A stretch of DNA of 64,000 nt from Eledone cirrhosa (taxonomy: Eukaryota): NCBI GenBank assembly GCA_964016885.1, contig OZ024742.1, positions 231,074,001-231,138,000 of the forward strand, in the 5' to 3' direction. Shown here one piece after another: positions 15,136 to 29,234 of this stretch. A program made the position numbers and the translations under genes. Each line of letters opens with the position of its first letter. Position 1 is the first letter of the stretch. Below the pieces are notes generated by a model, which saw only the letters and a program-made list of their open reading frames with translations, was not told the origin of the DNA and made no database searches.

Positions 15136-15431
15136 TAAATGAAAAGCTTACAAACACAGACTCAATTATATGCGCATATAAAAGCGGAAGATAAAGAAAA
15201 ATATAAAGAGAAAAACGAATTACAGTTTTTTTCTTTTTCAGTTTAGTTCCATTTTACGATGAATGTAGTAAAAATCTTTCTAGTTTACATTCAATAGAAA
15301 CTATATAATGTCGTATTTACTGAAGTTATAAGCTGTCAATGTAGAAAGCTCTAATACTTTGTGTATTTGAGATAAATTATTGTTGATAGCCTGCCAGCAT
15401 TCCAGTGTTGAAATATTATGCTGTGTTTGTG

Positions 15432-15832
15432 AATACATACATAGATACATACATACACACATACGTACGTACGTACATACATACATACATACATACATAC
15501 ATACATACATACATACACACATACGTACGTACGTACGTACATACATACACACATACATACACACATACATACATACATACACACATACGTACGTACGTAC
15601 GTACATACATACACACATACATACACACATACATACATACATACACACATACGTACGTAGGTACATACATACATACATACGTACATACATACATACATAC
15701 ATACATATACATACATACATAGATACATACATACACACATACGTACGTACATACATACATACATACATACATACATACATACATACATACATACATACAT
15801 ACATACATACATACATACATACATACATACAC
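15432..15832. repeat. (ACAT)n with interspersed (ACGT)n
   Basis: Direct reading. Confidence 0.95.
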
Positions 15833-16552
15833 AAATTTACAATATATATATTAATGTACGTATTATATGATGATAAGACAGCGAAGTGACAGAGTCGTTG
15901 GGACGTAAAATAGAACGTCTCGCAATATTTTTCTGGTTCTTTGCATTACCGTTTCAAATTCTGCAACTTTGCGTTTCATTCTTTCAGGGTGGGAAAATAA
16001 TGTAGCAATATTTAGTAACTGATTAACGGCATTCTTAAAGCATCAGACAAGATGTCTTGCAATGTTTGTTCCAATGCTTTGTATTCTAAATTTAACTTCT
16101 CCGTCCTACTCACTCTCTGCCAACAGAACTACGCTGAATTCACAACCGTGTGTGATCAAAAGAGCTCGATCCCTCTGGATAATGTGGCAGGATTTTCATT
16201 GTATGATAAATAAATATAAGAAATTGAAACCTATACTTCCTGAAAAGAATCTTTTATTTTTCCCAAAAATAGCATCGACGTAAATATACAGATATACAAA
16301 TTATATGTAGAAATATATGTTTGTTTTTTTATTTATTTCTTAAGGTAACATTTGAGCTATGTTACTCTGAAAATTCTCCTCCGTGATGACATCAGATAAG
16401 ACAGTCATCAGATAAGACAGTCTTACTTCATAACACTGTGATTTCAATGGAAAAGCTCCGGATTAACAGACTTAAAATTGTCCTTAATAAAGAAAGTACT
16501 AACCTCTACTATGATATTGAGTACTTATTCTCACGACCATCAATACTAAACG

Positions 16553-16590
<38 letters not shown>

Positions 16591-16919
16591 GAGAGAGTAA
16601 AAGAGAGAGTGAGAGAGAGAGAGAGATAAAAATGAAAAAAAGAAAGAAAAAAAGAAAGAAAAAAAAGAAAGAAAAAAAAGAAAGAAAAAAAAGAAAAAAA
16701 AGAGAAAAGTAAAGAATTTAAATATATAAGTAGAAATAGAATAGGGGAGAAATAGTGAAGAGAGCGAGAGGTGTATGATACTAACCTTTGAAGGTAGACT
16801 AACATATGTCGATTTAGTTATACACAAAGCAACTGACTTTATATTTAGGAAATAATGTTCTCTTTGTTAGCTTCTATGTGTGTACTTGTGTGCAAATATG
16901 TGTGTATGTATGAATATGA

Positions 16920-16965
<46 letters not shown>

Positions 16966-17167
16966 GTATATTATATAAATGAAAGGTATAGAAAACATTG
17001 TAGCGAAAAGCCAACAGTATTCCATAATATAATATTATATATATATATAGATATTATATATATATAGATATAGATATTATATTTATATATATATATATAT
17101 ATACATACAGTATATATATCGAAGAGAGTGTCTGTTTGTCTGTATGTATGTATATATATATATATAA

Positions 17168-17230
<63 letters not shown>

Positions 17231-17283
17231 CGTGTGTGTGTGTGTGTTTGTGTATATACATATATATACACAAACACACACAT

Positions 17284-17347
<64 letters not shown>

Positions 17348-17377
17348 ATTTGTGTATATACATATATATATATACAA

Positions 17378-17444
<67 letters not shown>

Positions 17445-17483
17445 CGTGTGTATTTGTGTATATACATATATATATATATACAA

Positions 17484-18370
<887 letters not shown>

Positions 18371-18499
18371 GTAGACGACGTATGCCTGTATATATATATA
18401 TTGGAAATAAATCCCCCTGACCCCAGACACATTCCTAATAGCAGGTGTGGTGGAGGACTTTTTATTACGTTCGGGGTTCTTCTGATGTACACGAGCTGC

Positions 18500-20152
18500 A
18501 TCTGGGAGCGACGACTAATCTATCGGAGCCTGAGGTCACAAGAGGAATTAAAGAGCTCAGATGTTGCAAGGCAGCTGGGGAGGATGAAATTCGGCTTGAA
18601 ATGTTAAAGACTTAAATAGAGAAGGTATTCTCTGGGTGTATCGTGTGTGGATAGTGCCCTGGGTTTCTGGAAAAGCACCTAAGCAAAGGTAGTCGGGAGT
18701 GATAATCCCACCTTTTCAAAAAGGGAGACCACAGAGATTGCTCCAGTTACAGAGGGATGTTCTTGTTAAGCCTCCCAGGTAAAATCTATGCTAAGTGTCT
18801 GGCAGAGATATGTAGGGAGATTGTCGATTCCAAGCTAGGTAATGAACAGTGTGGTGTTCGACTCGGATGCAGCACAGCCGACCAAATATTCACACTGCAG
18901 CAGGTATTTGGTAAATAGTGGGGTAGTGCCAAGAGGTGAATTCTTGCTTTGTAAACCTCGAAAAGGCATACGACCGCTTTCCATGAGACCTGCTGAGGAA
19001 GATTCTGCAGGAGTATGGGATCGATAGTCAGCTTCTTGTTGTCCTGATATTTCTGTACGAATGCCTGAATATTTATGTTTGGATAAATGCTCCTGAATCG
19101 AAACCATTCAATATGGAAGTCGGGTTCACCAAAGGTACGTATTCTCACCTCTCCTGTTCATTATTTTCATGAACAGGGTTGACATGCGCAGTCAGGCTGG
19201 AAGTGGTATCACGACTGACAGATGTAAAATCAGTCGGCTAGAATTTGCAGACGACATGGTATTACTTAACTCTACAGAAGGGGCCCTCGGACTTGCTCTT
19301 GATAGGTTTGATGCCGAGTGCTGCATGGCTGGAATGAAAATCAGTGCTGCGAAAACTGAGATACTCGTCCTCTCCAGGGAGCCTGCGCAGTGCACTCTAG
19401 ATGTAAATGGAGTTCCACTGAAGCAGGTACAGAAGTTCAAGTATTTCGGGGCCACGTTCACGAGTGATGGAATGCAAGAGGCTGAATTAAGTGCAAGAAT
19501 TGTAGAAGTTGGTGCAGTAATAAACCAGCTTCAGCATTCGGTAATCAGAAGAAAAGAGGTAGGTGCAAAAGCCTAACTCACTATCTTCAATTCGATATTC
19601 GTGCTCTAACCCTAACCTAACCCTTACCTATGGTCATGAATCTTGGGTAATTGTCGAAATAATACGATCGCGAATACAAGCGACCGAAATGGATTCCTCT
19701 GAAGGGTCTTTGAAGTAACGTTACTCGATAAAGTGCATAGCTCGGAGATCAGAGAGTCACTCCAGGTAGAGCCGCTACTTCTTCCAATTGAGAGATAACA
19801 GTTCCGATACTATGGGAATGTGGTTAGAATGTCTCAGGAAAGAATCACTGGACAGATTTTACGGGTAAAACCAACAGGTAGGAGACCCAGGGGTAGATCC
19901 CGAGCAGGATGGTTGGATAACATCCATGAGCTTAGCTGGTCTCCCTTGGGGATCCAGCCGACTAAGTTGGAAACGATCGCTTCTAACAGACCCCGCTGGA
20001 GGGAGTGTTTGAGGATTCTGCACCTACCCCACCTAGAAGAAGAAGAAGAAGAAGAAGAAGAAGAAGAAGAAGAAGAAGAAGAAGAAGAAGAAGAAGAAGA
20101 AGAAGAAGAAGAAGAAGAAGAAGAAGAAGAAGAAGAAGAAGAAGAAGAAGAA
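18500..20152 (+). mobile_element. Degenerate 5'-truncated RTE-clade LINE with (GAA)n tail
   Basis: KGDHRDCSSYRG, LSLPGKIYAK, DQIFTLQQ, LEFADDMVLL, FKYFG, GRRPRGR..W; many stops and frameshifts; (GAA)n at 20035-20152. Confidence 0.9.
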
Positions 20153-21332
20153 GGGGGAGGAGGAGGGGAAGGAGGAAAGGAATACGATAATTTATTTCTA
20201 TTACTTAAATAATAAATGGATAATCGATTAATTCAAAGGAATAACTTTTGATTTGTCGGTGATAAATATAATTATATTCATTTGATATTGATATAAATTA
20301 TTGAATTTCGTTATATTATCTTTGTTTTATTTTCTTGGAGTCTTTGTTCGATATTCTCTAGTTTCAAAGCGTTTGTAAATAACAATGACTTCACAGTTTT
20401 GAGACATTCTCGGCCAAAAGAAATATTGGTTTTTAATTTAGGCAAAAGGCTTGCAATTTGAGGGGAGCGGACGTCGATTAAATTGAACCCAATACCTTTT
20501 TTTCAATCCTGGTGCTTAATTAACGAGTTCGGTAGGAGTTAATTACACAGTAAATTAACAATGTTTCACCCGAAGTATTATTCAACTTGTGTATGGTTAT
20601 AGCGAGAACGGAAGTATTTATGAGCTGGCTGGATTCTATGCAGATGTCAGCTATTGATTATATAACAAGGCAGGTAACTTGAATATGACTGTTGATATAT
20701 ACACATATATATATACTACGGATTCAGTTTCCGTCTTCAAAATTTCACTGCGAAACTGGGCTGAAACCAGAAACACGTGATAGCGAAGTGAATTTCTTAA
20801 CCATGCAACCATACCTCCACCTATATGTTATAACAACGTATATTTCTGGTAATCCTATTTAAATATTTCCTCCGTCAGTATTTCTTTACTCTAAATATGG
20901 TGTATAACCTTCTCGTGGTAAGCTTCACTTTTAAATCTCTTAAATCAACGTTGAGCTAAGTTTATTATTCAGGATAAATAGTGTTTATGTTGTCGTTGAT
21001 CTGATAATTATATATTAGTGGAGGCTTGTAACATTAGTGTAGGGATTAGTGGAATTCGATTCTCCGTGGCGCATTTTATCCTTGAAAAAAACCTTTTATT
21101 TCACGTTGCTCCAATTAACATAGCTGGGAAAAATTAGTTTTTACTTTAATTCGAAAGGTCAACCTGATTACACACTGTGTCATGGTGAATCTCCCTGGGA
21201 ACTACGTTACTATTACACGTGTCTGTGGAATGCTTCGCCACGTACACAATAATGAGATTGTTTGTTCCATTGATCAAATCAACTGGAAAACTTGTCGTCA
21301 GAACCGACTGAGATCGAATACATATGATGGTT

Positions 21333-21520
21333 TTGATTTAGGCACAAAGCCAACAATATTGGGGGAGGGGAAAGTCGATTAAACCGACCCCAGTGTGTTA
21401 CTGGTACTTTATTTTATCGACCCTGTAAGGATGAAAGGCAAAGCTAACCTCGGCGGGATTTGAACTCAGAACGTAAAGAGACATAGCTATACACCGCAGA
21501 TCATGTTGCCCGATGCTCTT
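21333..21520 (-). mobile_element. SINE family 1
   Basis: Matches consensus. Confidence 0.75.
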
Positions 21521-22424
21521 CCGTTACATATAATAACAGAAATGACTATCACTGACATGACATGTTTCAGTTCCCTGACTAAATACAAATAGTTAACCTT
21601 TTTTTTTTTTTTTTTTACTATTTTTACTTCAACTCTGTTATGTAGTTGAATAAACTTTGTTAACCTAAATGCTTCAGTCACATCTGTCCCTGTTTCCCTA
21701 TTATATTGTTTGTTTGTCCAGAGAAATATTTTACAAGTCATTTACAATAACAGTTTTCTAGCTTATAATACTACCAATTTTTATTTACTTTCAATCCTGC
21801 AAACATCTTGTGTGTTCTTGTGTGCTCTATTTGCTCACTATGTTTGTTTAATGTGGTCATAGATTTTGTAGGTATTTATTCATGAATTTCTACAACAAAT
21901 TTATATAAGATTTACACACTATTTAATTTGACAGTTTCGTCTAATTTATCATTCATTTGATACTCAGTACCTTGATAGTTCTGACTGTTTCGATTTTAAC
22001 AAGTTCTATTACAATTGTAAGATACTATAGAGTAATTATGGATTTTTCGCCTTTTGTTTTCTCTCAGCCAAACTCACTTTTCTTCATATTCTTAAACTAT
22101 GCATAGAACATATTTTTATTTATTTCTGTTTACCTATCATAACCTCGTGAATTAATTTCTATGAAGCTGAATATTCCACAGACACATTTATCGAATTTCT
22201 CAGACAAAATCAGCGTCACACAATGTGATAAAGATGGACCTTTGAATTACAACTGCAGTCCATCCAATATAGTTTGCGTCTACCCAATTTCACTCATAAG
22301 GCTTGGGTCAACCAGTCTCGCAGCTTTCGCATATCTTTCATAAGATACTAGAAGGCAGCATCTTGATATTTACTCTCATCTTCCTCTTCAAGTGCAACTA
22401 GAAGAAGATTCCAATAATAATCAT

Positions 22425-23250
22425 TTCTAATTTAGGCACAAAGGCAGAAATTTCGGTGGGAAAGAAAAGTTGATTAAATCAGCCTAAATATTACCCTGGA
22501 AGGATAAAAGGCAAAGCTATCCTCAATGGGGTTTCAATTCAGAACGTAAAAGGCTGTAGCTAAATACTGCGAAGCATTTTGTCTGGCCTTCTAACGATTC
22601 TGCAAATCCACCGCCCAAACTAATAATAACAATAACGGATTGGTAGAATCGTTTGAGCGTCGGATGAATTGCTTTGTGGTCTTTGTTCCAGCTCTTTACG
22701 TTCAAATCTCGGCCAGGTCAACTTTTCCTTTCATCCTTCAGGAGTCGATAAAATAAAATACCAGTCATGAACTGACTTCAATTTAATTGGCTAAACCCTC
22801 CCTTAAATTACTGACCTTGTATCTAAATTATAAACCATTATTATTTAAAAGGGCGGTGGTTTGGCAGTATCGGTAGAGCGTCAGACACCATGTTTTGCAG
22901 CATAGTTACGCCCCTTTGCATTCTGAGTTCAAATCCCGCCGAGGTTAACTTTGCCTTTCATCCTTACGGAGTCGATAAAATAAAGTACCAGTAATGCACT
23001 GGGTAATTGCTGGCCTTGTGCCAAAAGTAGAAACAATTAATATTTAAAAGCTTGTACGTAGATTGACAGAATCTTTACAGAATCTTTACTGGAAAAAATA
23101 AATTGTGGTATTCATATATTCTTTTGCGGTTTTTAATTCAATTCCTATCGATATCAACGTTGCCTTTCATCCTTCTGAGATCGATAAAATAAAGTACCTG
23201 TCAAAGACACTTCCAATTTTTTTACCTTGAACCTAAATTAGAAACAATTA
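22425..23250. mobile_element. Cluster of four family 1 SINEs (one minus, three plus)
   Basis: The copy at 22852-23040 has A box TGGCAGTATCGG, B box GAGTTCAAATCC and TSD tatttaaaag. Confidence 0.85.
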
Positions 23251-23578
23251 TTATTATTATCATCAGCAGCAGCAGCATCATTATTAGATATCTCACTTTC
23301 TATAACTTCTACTCCCCCTCCTTCTGTTATAATGTCTTCAAAGATTTCCTGTTGTCTCTACAAAATGGCGACACATTCAAACGTTCTCCAATATTTTTTT
23401 CAAACACAAGTTGATCAAAGACGTACCATAAATTTAATTCATTGTATATTCTAAATCTTTATTCGAACTCCTTTTAATAAATAAAAAACGATAAAATAAA
23501 TGGAACTCCGTCACATTAGATGATGGGTGTCCAACAATTATTTAATCAAGTGAATGGTCTATATATGCACGTATATAT

Positions 23579-23715
23579 ATATTTATTAAAATAACAGATT
23601 AAAGTTTAAGCAAAGAATCGCTGCTTTCACCCTTAACGGGATCTTCAGAAGATCCCGTTAAGGGTGAAAGCAGCGATTCTTTGCTTAAACTTTAATCTGT
23701 TATTTTAATAAATAT
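23579..23715. repeat. Perfect palindrome (68-bp arms, 1-nt centre) of HHR-like family B
   Basis: Centre GATCTTC-A-GAAGATC at 23647; related copies at 24960-25160 and 44150-44300. Confidence 0.9.
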
Positions 23716-23798
23716 TTGCTCTAGGGTTCTTATATATTTGATATATATTTATCCTTATCGAGCCATCTTTCGATTTTAGTCTTCAAATTTATTTTTAT

Positions 23799-23844
<46 letters not shown>

Positions 23845-23885
23845 TTTAGTAAGTAAGTTAATTTTTACAATTTTCTTATTTTACG

Positions 23886-23928
<43 letters not shown>

Positions 23929-23929
<1 letters not shown>

Positions 23930-24729
23930 TAGCAGTAAAGCCCGGCGTTGCTGGGGTCGCTCAGTAGCTGTGTTAAAGTTACAATGTTAAGTTTCTTTCT
24001 TGGCTTAAAAACTGTAGTGTCTACTGTGCAGACTTGCATGTGGTGTTTTTGATTAATATTCCCTCAACCAACAATATGCCTTATGAAGTTAAGAAAACAT
24101 AACGATAACCCGAATGTTATAACAAAAGAGGATGCTGGGGATAGAAACTGCACTGGTTATTTATTAACAAAGATCGAAAATGTAAACACTGCAACGCAGA
24201 GAAAAACATTAGCGTAACCAAATTATCAGTTATGTCTGTCTGCACGCCTATATCACCTCTCTGCACGACTGTCTGTCTGCACGACTGTCTGTCTGCACGC
24301 CTAACGACGAAATATTTGCTTGTTTTACGTAGTCTTTAAATAGACTTGTTTTCAAGTAAAAATATTGTTTTAAAATGCTTTTAAATGGAAATGAAGCAAA
24401 ACGGAAGCTTAGTGTTCGAACTGATGAATTTTGCAGGTCAATATTTTGCTGGCTCGACAACTGTTAAAGCCAGCGTAATTTTTTACGTAAGACGCTCAAT
24501 GTAAACAGAACAAAGGGAAATAACTGATAACTTACGCTCAAAAATCGATACATTATATTCGATTTCGTCACATAGGGTGGGTCAATTTGACATTTTTTTT
24601 TCCGATGTCTTCGCTAGGGCTCAATGTACAAGTATAGCAATTTCGGTGCAATTCCGTGAGAGATTCTAAGAGGAGATGTGTGCCAAAAATCGATAGACAG
24701 ACAGACAACCACAGTTTTATATATATAGA
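23929..24729 (-). mobile_element. Non-autonomous Helitron
   Basis: Minus strand A|TC...(TGTC)n...CCCAGCAACGCCGGG hairpin...CTAG|T; no TSD; inserted in (TA)n. Confidence 0.8.
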
Positions 24730-25546
24730 TATTATATATATATATATTATATATATATATATTATATATATATATAATAAAAGAGAGTGTGGTATACTAG
24801 GTGGAACATAACGCACCAGAGTACTCAAAACTTATTGAGTACTCTGGTGCGTTATGGTCCACCTGGTGTCTTCTAATACTGGTGGCTTAGTTCGGATTTA
24901 GCTGTCGAAATGGCCGGTGCTCAGCCGTCAGGGCACTGACTCTTTTCATATATATATATTATTATAATAATAAATGTGAAGACTAAAATCAAAAGAGGGC
25001 TCGATAAGGATAAATATATATCAAATATATAAGAACAAATAAGAGCAAATATTTATTAAAATAGATTAAAGTTTAAGCAAAGAATCGCTGCAGAAGATAC
25101 CGTTATGGGTGAAAGAAGCGATTCTTTGCTTAAACTTTAATCTGTAATTTTAATAAATACATACATATATATATATACTGACGGGTACCATCGATGAATG
25201 TTAATATCGGTAGGGGTTTTTTTATATCTATATTGTTGGACATCCACTGATGATTTATAAGTGCCCACCTACATATACTCCTACGGACTATGTGTAGGCT
25301 TCTACATAACCTGGACATTATTTTCCCAACTTGTAGAAAACTTATAATACTACGATCGTTTGGAAAGAGGGATGTATTTAATTATGTCTCTTATAAAATA
25401 ATACAACTGACTATCCGCAATATACGTATAGTTAGCACCCCACACGTATAATTGGGACGACTATACTAAGGTATATCCTAATGTTTGTTGAGTGAGACGG
25501 CAGTCGGTCGGAGTATTGCTTAAAACTTTCTCTGTTAATGTATTAA

Positions 25547-26600
<1,054 letters not shown>

Positions 26601-26608
26601 TATATATA

Positions 26609-26643
<35 letters not shown>

Positions 26644-26644
26644 T

Positions 26645-26731
<87 letters not shown>

Positions 26732-26894
26732 TTATATATATATAACGACGCACATAGACACATGTATATATTTGTATAGGATTATATATGAGAGAGTAGG
26801 GAGGGTTTTAAGAAGGGAAGTTACAAAGTAAAAAATACAATATAATGTTAAAAATAAAAATAAGGGGTAGAGGGTATACGTCCAGGGTGGGGTG

Positions 26895-26969
<75 letters not shown>

Positions 26970-26972
<3 letters not shown>

Positions 26973-28905
26973 AACAAAGGGAAGCACGTCAGCTCTGCAA
27001 ACCCAAAAGTGTGTGCAGCCAGAGAACACCTGAAAGCTGCCAACGACCAATTCTATACTGATCCTACGGGGGAGAGGATGGATACTGTGGAGGTGATGAG
27101 GGAAGAGCTCTGTACCGCTTACACTGAGGTCAGAGAGGAGGCACTGATAGAGAAGATCAGAAGTGTGGAGAGAGCGGTTGACAGATCTGGATGTAAGGAG
27201 AGCTGGATGATCATCAACGAGATCACAGGGAGGAAGAGAAGGTGTTCGTGTCAGATCCAGGGAACGGGGCCTGAGAATAGGAAGAGGATATGGCTAGACC
27301 ATTTTAGGACCCTACTAGGAGATCCACCCTCCACAGCCCAGAGCACTGGGGAGTTCAGGCGGCTGTTTGAGGAACTGGATGTTGAGACAGAGCCCTTCAC
27401 GAGAGAGGAGCTTCAGAGAGCCAAGAAGAGGATCAAGGAGGGCAAGGCTCATGGAGAAGATGGAGTGGCATCAGAGGTGATGAAGAGATGTGATTTTGAT
27501 GATATCATCCTGGGGTTCTGTAATGGGGCACTGGAGAAAGGAGTTGCCCCGAATCAGTGGAGGATCAGTAACATCGTCCCAGTGCCAAAGAAGGGAGATC
27601 TCTCTAACACCAACAACTACAGGGGGATCTCACTGACGTCACTTGTGGAAAAGACCCTCAACAGGATGATTCTTAACAGGATCCAGCCTGAGATGGAGAA
27701 GAAGCTCAGGGACAACCAGAACGGCTTCAGAGAGGGTAGATCAACCACCAGTCACATCCTGATGCTGAGGAGGATATTAGAGGGAGCTAGAGCAAAGTGC
27801 CTTCCTGCGGTCATGGTTTTCATTGACTTTAGGAAGGCCTTTGATTCTGTGGACCGTACTTCCTGATGAAGATCTTACAGGCTTATGGAATCCCAAAGAA
27901 GATAATGGACCTGATATCACTGCTCTACACCAACACCAAAGCCCAAGTCATTACACCTGATGGGATGACAGAGTCCTTTGAGATACTGGTTGGGTGCTCC
28001 AGGGAGATACATTGGCTCCCTACCTTTTTATCATCGTAGTGGACTATTGTATGCGCCTTGCACTGGAGAAACACCAGGACTCTGGCTTTACTGTAGCACC
28101 GGCTCAGAGCAGGAGAGTTAGGGCGAAAAAGGTATCGGATGCTGAATTTGCCGACGACATAATTTTGGTGACAAATACAGTGAAGGAGGCAGAGGATTTT
28201 ATGCGGGAGGTTAAGACTGTGTCGATGAGTGTGGGGCTGAGAATGAATGAGACTAAAACAAAATATCTAGTAGAGAATGTTGAGAAGCCAGAGGGGATCA
28301 CTAATGTAGGCGGGAAGCCGCTAGAATTGGTTGAGGGCTTCCTGTATTTGGGAGCAAAGATTGGGAATACAGAAGATGATGTGGTTGAGAGGAAGAGCAA
28401 AGCCTGGGCGGCGTGCCACAGCTTGAGATCGGTGTGGAAGTCGGACCTTCGTAGAGACCTGAAAATTCGCCTCTTCATTGCTGTAGTGGAGTCTGTGCTG
28501 CTGTACGGGTCTGAGACTTGGACACTGACCAAGAAACTCACTCAGATGGTGGATGGGTGCTACACGAGAATGCTGAGGATGGCTCTGAACATTAATCAGT
28601 ATACACTGAGGATGAAAAACTCAAGGCTGTATGGGAGCATCCCAAAAGTCAGCTCAAAAGTGACACAGAGGAGACTGAGGTTAGCTGGACATGCTCACCG
28701 ACATCCAGAGTTGACATTGCACTCAGTGCACCTTTGGGAGCCCCTACATGGACACACTAGAAGAGGAAGACCAAGGTTAACGTATGTTGATGCCCTAAGG
28801 ACAGACACTGGTCTGTTGGAGACGCAGGACATGGCAGCGATAATGAGGGACAGAGACCGCTGGAGAATACTCGTCCATGGATCTCGGGAATTTTACCCGC
28901 CTTAG
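26970..28905 (+). mobile_element. 5'-truncated RTE/RTEX-like LINE; RT domain with two frameshifts
   Basis: PVPKKGDLSNTNNYRGISL, QNGFREGRST, FIDFRKAFDSV, QGDTLAPYLF, EFADD, FLYLG; frameshifts near 27865 and 27995; flanked by (TA)n. Confidence 0.93.
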
Positions 28906-29191
28906 AATATATATATATATATATACATGTGTGTGTGTATATATATATGTATGTGTGTGTATATATATATATAAATTTCGTTTTTGAATTTGTTTAGCAA
29001 GATTCTTTATCTGAAAACGTGTGTTGAAACCGATATTTTTATACTTTGGGAGGGTCATGTTGCCAATAAGAAACACACGCACCAGTTATTTCACTCCAAT
29101 TTATTATAAATTAAATTTATAAATTTAAGAATTTATAAATTTCCGGTTGGTTGGTTGGTTGGTTCCACAACCAGATGATTGTTCATATATT

Positions 29192-29234
29192 GTCAAAGTT
29201 CTTTCGTCACACATTCTGTGACCTCTTCAGTGAC
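29192..29234 (-). ncRNA. Hammerhead ribozyme in the PLE 3' region
   Basis: GTCA-CTGAAGA-G-GTCACA.GAATG.TGTGAC-GAAA-GAAC-TT|TGAC. Confidence 0.75.

Noticed and set aside
19820-20212. Poly-Glu/poly-Arg protein
   Set aside because: Read-through of the RTE C-terminus into its (GAA)n tail
27860-27885. CTGATGA hammerhead core in the LINE
   Set aside because: Lies in RT coding sequence (L-M-K) with no stem II or GAAA
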